Of a DNA stretch of 64,000 nt, positions 58,868 to 64,000 are shown one piece after another. Both the position numbers and the translations under genes were made by a program. The DNA is from Caldisericota bacterium (GTDB taxonomy: Bacteria; Caldisericota; Caldisericia; JAAYUI01): NCBI GenBank assembly GCA_029548865.1, contig JAKPMO010000026.1, forward strand, positions 68,877-132,876. Reading direction: 5' to 3'. Every line of letters begins with the position of its first letter. The first letter of the stretch is position 1. Under the pieces are notes generated by a model. The model ran no database searches. It was not told the DNA's origin and worked only from the letters and a program-made list of their open reading frames with translations.

Positions 58868-61800
58868 TCAATCTTCGTATATGTTTCCGGTCAACTCTTC
58901 CAGGAGTTTTATTTCATCAGGTGTTAGTTCGTAGAGCCCATAAACAATCTGGTTTATCTCATTTTCACATGCGTGTATCTCTTCTGTGAGCTGTTTGCAT
59001 TCAGGTTGCATCTCCTCAAAGAGCCTCTTGAGGTCAAGCAGTCTCCTGGTCATTGGTGCGAACTGCTCTTTAAACGCCTTGCCAAAGGCAGATGGGCTTT
59101 GCGCTTTTTTTACAAAATCATTCCAGGAAAGCGTGTCCCACTTGTTTATGTCTGATCCTTCAGAAACTTCTTCAGCGTCATCCCCTTCATTTGCCTTGCC
59201 CTGGCCCAGCTGGTCTCCTATCATCTCAAGCAGATCATGCCTGAGCTGGAGCCTTTTGAATGCCTTTTCCTGTGCTTTTTTGGCCAAAAGGGCAAGCCTG
59301 CCTTTTGGAGTGGATGGATTGTTTTCATCGCCTGTGGGATCGATGATAGGAAATTGTTCGACATATATCGTGAACATCTCAAAAACTTCCCCTAGTTTTA
59401 CGGCGCAAGTTTTCTTGATGATTAGCCACATTAATCTGCTTGTTAATAAAGCACACAACCATGATGATCCTTTTGGTAAAAAATACACTTTATTGTTGAA
59501 AAAATTGTATTTTGTGTCAATTTGAAATTTGGGTTGGATCATAAATTCTGGATACATAATTTTTGGTTCTTCAAAGGTTTTGTAATATTCGCACGCCCTG
59601 AGCTCCCACCAAAAATCACCTTTGTCCTGTCTCTTTTTTGCTCTTTCCTCAAAAGGTTTCAGGCAGTTTGCAACAGCCGGATAATGTTTTTCGAAAACTT
59701 CCCAAGCTTTTGCTTCGGTGATGTCTTCTTTCCCAGCCCACTGCTTTGTCCAGCCCTTCTGGATGGCAACAAGATACCTCTCCCTGAAATCGTAATGCCA
59801 CTGTTTCAGGTCGCGTCCAACAAGGAATGGTTTGATTAGTGGGTGGTTTGTGGAGGAGAGGCCGTCACCGAAAACCCCCTCACCCTCCCCTCTCCCAAAG
59901 GGAGAGGTAGAATAAGAAGAACAAGAAGATCCGTCCTTTTCTTCCCCAAAGGGAGAGGGAGAACAAGAAAGCTCATCCTTTCCTTTCTCACAGGGAGAGG
60001 GAGAACAAGAAGATCCGTCCTTTTCTTCCCCAAAGGGAGAGGGAGAACAATTTGGAGAAAAGGCATTCCTGCCATAGGTGGAGGGAGAATTGTTTGCGGA
60101 AACAGCATCCTTCCCGCAAGAAGAAGGAAACTCCCCCTCTCCTTCCAGGAGAGGGTCGGGGTGAGGTTGTTTACTCCTCTGCCCAAATTCCTCTTTTACC
60201 AGCCTGTCTCTTGTCGCTTTGTCAATGACAAAAGCTTCATTCAAACCAGTTTTTATTCCATAAAGAGGGCTGCCTGCAACATCTTTTAGTGGTCTGCCTT
60301 TTGAGAATATCTTTCTTCTTAGCGCCTCAACCTCTGGCCTGTCAAAATTCCAGCTGTCCTCACCAAGGGAGTTTTGTGCCACTTCGACATGGCCTGCCTT
60401 TTCCAGGAGATTCTCGGTTTCCAGCCCCGGCAGTGACTCGATTTTTGAGGACTGGATTTTGTGATCTGGCATCAGTTTTGTGTTCCTGGCTATTACTATA
60501 CAAGCAAGATTTGTTGCTTCATCAAAAAGCTGGAGCAATCCGAAATCGACAAACCGGTCGATTGCTGTTTCATTTTTCAGGAAACGGCGAAGGTTGGCCC
60601 CGGAGCTTGTTTTTGTGAATGTACTGGATGTGATGAAACCAAGATACCCATCTTTTTTGAGGAGCTGAAAACCCCTGCGATAAAAATAGGTGTAAAGATC
60701 GGCGGTCCCATTGTAGAATTCCTGATATTCTTTTTGGAGTGCTGGTTTTGTGGGGCTGAGGAATTCTTGCCTGACGTATGGTGGATTGCCAATGACTATG
60801 TCGAAACCGGAGGTGTCACTGGCAAGGCTGAATTTGTCTCCCCCAAAAATATTGTGGAACTCGGTTACCCAGTTGAAAGGCACTTTTGTGTATGCCGGAT
60901 CAGCGACAATTGAGTCTCCATGCTTGATTGCATGGTCAAGAGACGGCAGTTTTTCCTTGTGGTAGACGAGCCTCAGCCATAAGGAAAGCCTTGTTATTTC
61001 TACGGACTCTTTTGAAAGGTCCACACCAAAAAGGTTGTTTTTGGCAACAAAATCATCAAATTTTGATTGGTCAATCGTGCCGAAGACGCCAGTGTTTGGA
61101 CGATCGCCAAAATGTTTTCTCTGGCTGGCTATTTTCTCATGCGATGAAACCAGATAGTCAAAAGCTTTATTGAGAAAAGCACCTGATCCACAGGCAGGGT
61201 CCAGTACTTTTATCTGTTTGAGCCTTTCCTGGAGGCCAGTCCATGCTTTTGCGTGTTCCTTTGATTTTGTCTCGAGCGATTTTGGTATCTTTATTTTTGG
61301 GTTTATTTCAACTTCGGAAAGCAATCTCTCTTCATCTTCGGTAATTTGTGGCAAGCTTTCAAAACCAAGCCTTATTTTTTCGCGCTCGATCCAGGCGCCT
61401 ATGGTTTCTTCTATAATGAAACTCGTAATGTAGGCTGGTGTGTAGTAAATTCCTTGTTTTTTTCTTTTGCCTTTTTTTTCGTCAAAATTTTGCCCTTTTA
61501 TCTTTGCCTTTAATTCTTCAATATCAGAAACCGACTGTTCGAAAATATGGCCAAGGATATTGACATCAAGCTCTGAGTCAAAATCGTACTCGGCAATTGG
61601 CCTGAGTGATTCCAGGGCGTCGTTTGAGACATTAAGATTTTCAAGCTCGGAGTCTTTGGCAAACAAGCCACCATCATAGGGAGGGATTTTTATTGGTTGA
61701 TCCGATCCTTCATCTATGGCTCTTGAAATATCCATAAATTCATTCCAGATTGATCCGCGAAAACTTTTTTTTGGGGCATTGAGAATAAATTTGGTTAATT

Positions 61801-62665
61801 CCTCGTCAGCCGCAGAGCGATTGATGAATCCTTTGTCCTCGCAAAAGCACATAAACAAGAAACGATCAAGTATCTTCTGGACTTTTTCAAGCAAAACAAG
61901 TTTGTCGATATCTGGATTTGTTTCGGAGAGTTTATTGAATATATCTTGCCTTGTTCTGCTATAGATTGCATAAAACTTGTTATTTATTTCAGCTTGATCG
62001 GCCTGATTTCTTGCATAAAGCTTGTCAAGATAGGATTCTTTGGATGATGGTGCATATGGCAGGAGGTTTTGGCGACAAAGAAGAAAATAAAACCTCTCCA
62101 TTTCTGTTGGGGAATTAGCAATCTCGGCAATATTGAATGACTCATATCTGTTTTGATCCCCAACATGGTAGAGTCTTATCTCATCCATGTTCGAAACAAT
62201 TACCCAGTGACAAGTCGAACCAATTTTTGCAGAGTAGTCAAATCCTTGCTCGACAGCTGACAATTCCCTTGAGGCTGGTTTCCTTGAGAGGTCTTTTGTG
62301 AAAGGGGCCTTGAGTTCTATAACGGCAAAAACAGAGCTGTGTTCATCTTTGCCATTTTCAAAAAATCCGAGCGCGGCATCGGAGGATTTTCCACCCTGCA
62401 TTTTATATTCTCTTGTGCACTCCCATGTTGGAGAATCGCCTTGTCTTTTGTATCCAAGTGTTTGTCTGAAGATGGTGTCTATGAAAGGATCCTGAAAACT
62501 TTCTTCATCCTTGATTACCCCGGAATCAAGCATTGAAAGCCATTTTTTAATTGGTTTGAGGAGATTTTCTCTGTTTTCTTTTAGAAAAGAGCTTATTGAC
62601 GATTCTTCTTTTATTTTGCTAGCAAGAAATTTTTTGCCGAAAATGCTGTTGTTTATGCTTCTCAT
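58868..62665 (-). CDS. Type IIG (fused) restriction-modification enzyme, Eco57I/TaqI-like
   Basis: N-terminal SDAAL...IELK nuclease-like motif, GIYYTP, DPACGSGAF, GNPPY, C-terminal specificity region. Confidence 0.9.
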   Translation of the reverse strand: MRSINNSIFGKKFLASKIKEESSISSFLKENRENLLKPIKKWLSMLDSGVIKDEESFQDPFIDTIFRQTLGYKRQGDSPTWECTREYKMQGGKSSDAALGFFENGKDEHSSVFAVIELKAPFTKDLSRKPASRELSAVEQGFDYSAKIGSTCHWVIVSNMDEIRLYHVGDQNRYESFNIAEIANSPTEMERFYFLLCRQNLLPYAPSSKESYLDKLYARNQADQAEINNKFYAIYSRTRQDIFNKLSETNPDIDKLVLLEKVQKILDRFLFMCFCEDKGFINRSAADEELTKFILNAPKKSFRGSIWNEFMDISRAIDEGSDQPIKIPPYDGGLFAKDSELENLNVSNDALESLRPIAEYDFDSELDVNILGHIFEQSVSDIEELKAKIKGQNFDEKKGKRKKQGIYYTPAYITSFIIEETIGAWIEREKIRLGFESLPQITEDEERLLSEVEINPKIKIPKSLETKSKEHAKAWTGLQERLKQIKVLDPACGSGAFLNKAFDYLVSSHEKIASQRKHFGDRPNTGVFGTIDQSKFDDFVAKNNLFGVDLSKESVEITRLSLWLRLVYHKEKLPSLDHAIKHGDSIVADPAYTKVPFNWVTEFHNIFGGDKFSLASDTSGFDIVIGNPPYVRQEFLSPTKPALQKEYQEFYNGTADLYTYFYRRGFQLLKKDGYLGFITSSTFTKTSSGANLRRFLKNETAIDRFVDFGLLQLFDEATNLACIVIARNTKLMPDHKIQSSKIESLPGLETENLLEKAGHVEVAQNSLGEDSWNFDRPEVEALRRKIFSKGRPLKDVAGSPLYGIKTGLNEAFVIDKATRDRLVKEEFGQRSKQPHPDPLLEGEGEFPSSCGKDAVSANNSPSTYGRNAFSPNCSPSPFGEEKDGSSCSPSPCEKGKDELSCSPSPFGEEKDGSSCSSYSTSPFGRGEGEGVFGDGLSSTNHPLIKPFLVGRDLKQWHYDFRERYLVAIQKGWTKQWAGKEDITEAKAWEVFEKHYPAVANCLKPFEERAKKRQDKGDFWWELRACEYYKTFEEPKIMYPEFMIQPKFQIDTKYNFFNNKVYFLPKGSSWLCALLTSRLMWLIIKKTCAVKLGEVFEMFTIYVEQFPIIDPTGDENNPSTPKGRLALLAKKAQEKAFKRLQLRHDLLEMIGDQLGQGKANEGDDAEEVSEGSDINKWDTLSWNDFVKKAQSPSAFGKAFKEQFAPMTRRLLDLKRLFEEMQPECKQLTEEIHACENEINQIVYGLYELTPDEIKLLEELTGNIYED
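59878..60166. repeat. REP-like inverted-repeat element enclosing five 42-nt tandem units, in frame within the R-M gene
   Basis: Arms at 59878-59907 and 60134-60166 (inverted); units start at 59919, 59961, 60003, 60045 and 60087; units 1 and 3 are identical. Confidence 0.88.
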
Positions 62666-62719
62666 TTTTATATAGCAATATACATCTTATCCAGAGTTTT
62701 GTTAAGTAGTCGCATACAA

Positions 62720-64000
62720 TTACATTTTGTATTCCTCATCCATGTTAAACAGGGTGAATGAGAGAATATCTGTTAACTGGTCCACAACCTGTTTTCTTGA
62801 GGATGCTCCGTGGCCGTATTTCTTGCCAATTCTTGTGAGAATCCTTGGCCCATCTTCCTGCGCATCCTGGAGCGCTGCTGCAAATTTATAAGAGTGTGCC
62901 GGGACGACCCTGTTGTCATGGTCGGCCGTGATAATCATGGTTGCTGAATAAGAAACGCCTTTTTTTATATTGTGATAAGGCGAGTATGATAAAAGATATC
63001 TGAATTGTTCAGGATCATCACTCGAGCCATTCTCATTGGCCCAACTCCAGCCAATTGTGAATTTTTGGTATCTAAGCATATCGTAGACACCAACATTTGG
63101 GAGCGCAACCCTGAAAAGATCTGGTCTTTGTGTCATGCACGCCCCAACCAGCATCCCACCGGCTGAAGAGCCGTGTATGGCGAGTTTTTCCTTGCAGGTA
63201 TAGCCTTTTTCGATGAGCCCCTCTGCGCACGAAATAAAATCGCTGAAGGTATTTTTCTTGTTCAGCAGCATGCCTTCCTTGTGCCATTCCTCACCGTATT
63301 CGCCGCCACCCCTTATGCACGCAGAGCAGTATATTCCGCCAGCTTCCGCAAGAGCTATTGCCAAAGACGAATATTGGGGTTTTATGCAATGCGCATGGCT
63401 CCCGTATCCATAAAGTATTGTTGGTCTTTTACCATCATAGACCAGGCCTTTTTTGTGGAAAATATAGACAGGCAGTGCTTTGCCATCATGGCTTCTGAAC
63501 TCTTCAACCTTTGTTGTGAAATCATCTGGGTTAAAAATGCCTGGTTTTTCAATGACTGGTTTACACTCCCCAGTTTTTTGGTCGCATTCAAGAAGGACAG
63601 TGGGGTGTATAAAAGACGAGAAGACGAAATAAAGGGTTTTATTTTCATGGTTTGCGTAGAAAAGTGCTAATCCCTCACATGGTGTCTTTATCTCATGCTC
63701 GAAGTTCCCTTGTAAATCGTATTGCCTGGCATAATTTTTTGGGCCATTTTTGAATGTGGCCAAAATCTTGCCGTATGAAAGTACTGCATTTTCCATGCAT
63801 GCGCCAGGATCATGGATTATTGTTTGCCAGTTTTCTTTTTTGGGGTTTGCAGGGTCTATCATCACCACTTTGCCCATCGGGCAGTCGATATTGGTGGAAA
63901 AAATTAATTGTTTACCTATTACTCCCATGTATGAAAATTGGTCTGTATTATTTTCAATAATTGGGATCTTGTTTTTAGGGTAGTCAATCTCTTGCAGGTA
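62720..64000 (-). CDS. Prolyl oligopeptidase (S9A), 5'-truncated by the window edge
   Basis: LYGYG, IRGGGEYGEEWH, GSSAGG, ADHDNRV, GHG; the frame is open to base 64000. Confidence 0.93.
   Translation of the reverse strand, partial: YLQEIDYPKNKIPIIENNTDQFSYMGVIGKQLIFSTNIDCPMGKVVMIDPANPKKENWQTIIHDPGACMENAVLSYGKILATFKNGPKNYARQYDLQGNFEHEIKTPCEGLALFYANHENKTLYFVFSSFIHPTVLLECDQKTGECKPVIEKPGIFNPDDFTTKVEEFRSHDGKALPVYIFHKKGLVYDGKRPTILYGYGSHAHCIKPQYSSLAIALAEAGGIYCSACIRGGGEYGEEWHKEGMLLNKKNTFSDFISCAEGLIEKGYTCKEKLAIHGSSAGGMLVGACMTQRPDLFRVALPNVGVYDMLRYQKFTIGWSWANENGSSDDPEQFRYLLSYSPYHNIKKGVSYSATMIITADHDNRVVPAHSYKFAAALQDAQEDGPRILTRIGKKYGHGASSRKQVVDQLTDILSFTLFNMDEEYKM

Noticed and set aside
59919..60128. 42-nt periodic repeats as a CRISPR array
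   Set aside because: The units are contiguous with no unique spacers, lie in frame within a CDS, and no cas genes are present.
59836..60289. Alternative-frame ORFs over the repeat element
   Set aside because: By-products of the stop-poor repeat; no independent start signals.
56104..64000. Prophage or integrative element at the tRNAs
   Set aside because: No integrase, phage genes or att-like direct repeats were found in the window.

Overview
A 64-kb, gene-dense chromosomal segment of an anaerobic, probably amino-acid-fermenting bacterium. The many stalk/PQQ/PEGA surface proteins suggest a Caldisericota-like lineage, but that is inference only. Housekeeping and metabolic genes: rlmN, mltG, buk-ptb-gdhA, deoB, ahcY, tldD/pmbA, uvrA, pyrG, rocD, an Fe-ADH, Na/Pi and MATE transporters, and a prolyl oligopeptidase. 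There are also three tRNAs (Thr-CGT, Tyr-GTA, Gly-TCC), several large multidomain secreted proteins and a type IIG restriction-modification gene. Most notable: (1) a secreted Ig-domain gene missed by the ORF track, whose frame runs through an in-frame TGA followed by a SECIS-like hairpin (candidate selenoprotein); (2) a REP-like inverted-repeat element with five 42-nt units inserted in frame in the R-M gene; (3) recurring leaderless-gene promoters, including one palindromic -35 shared by two divergent genes; (4) an orphan LipS1-type radical SAM gene and a degenerate butyrate-kinase paralog. No CRISPR array, integrase or transposase was seen.
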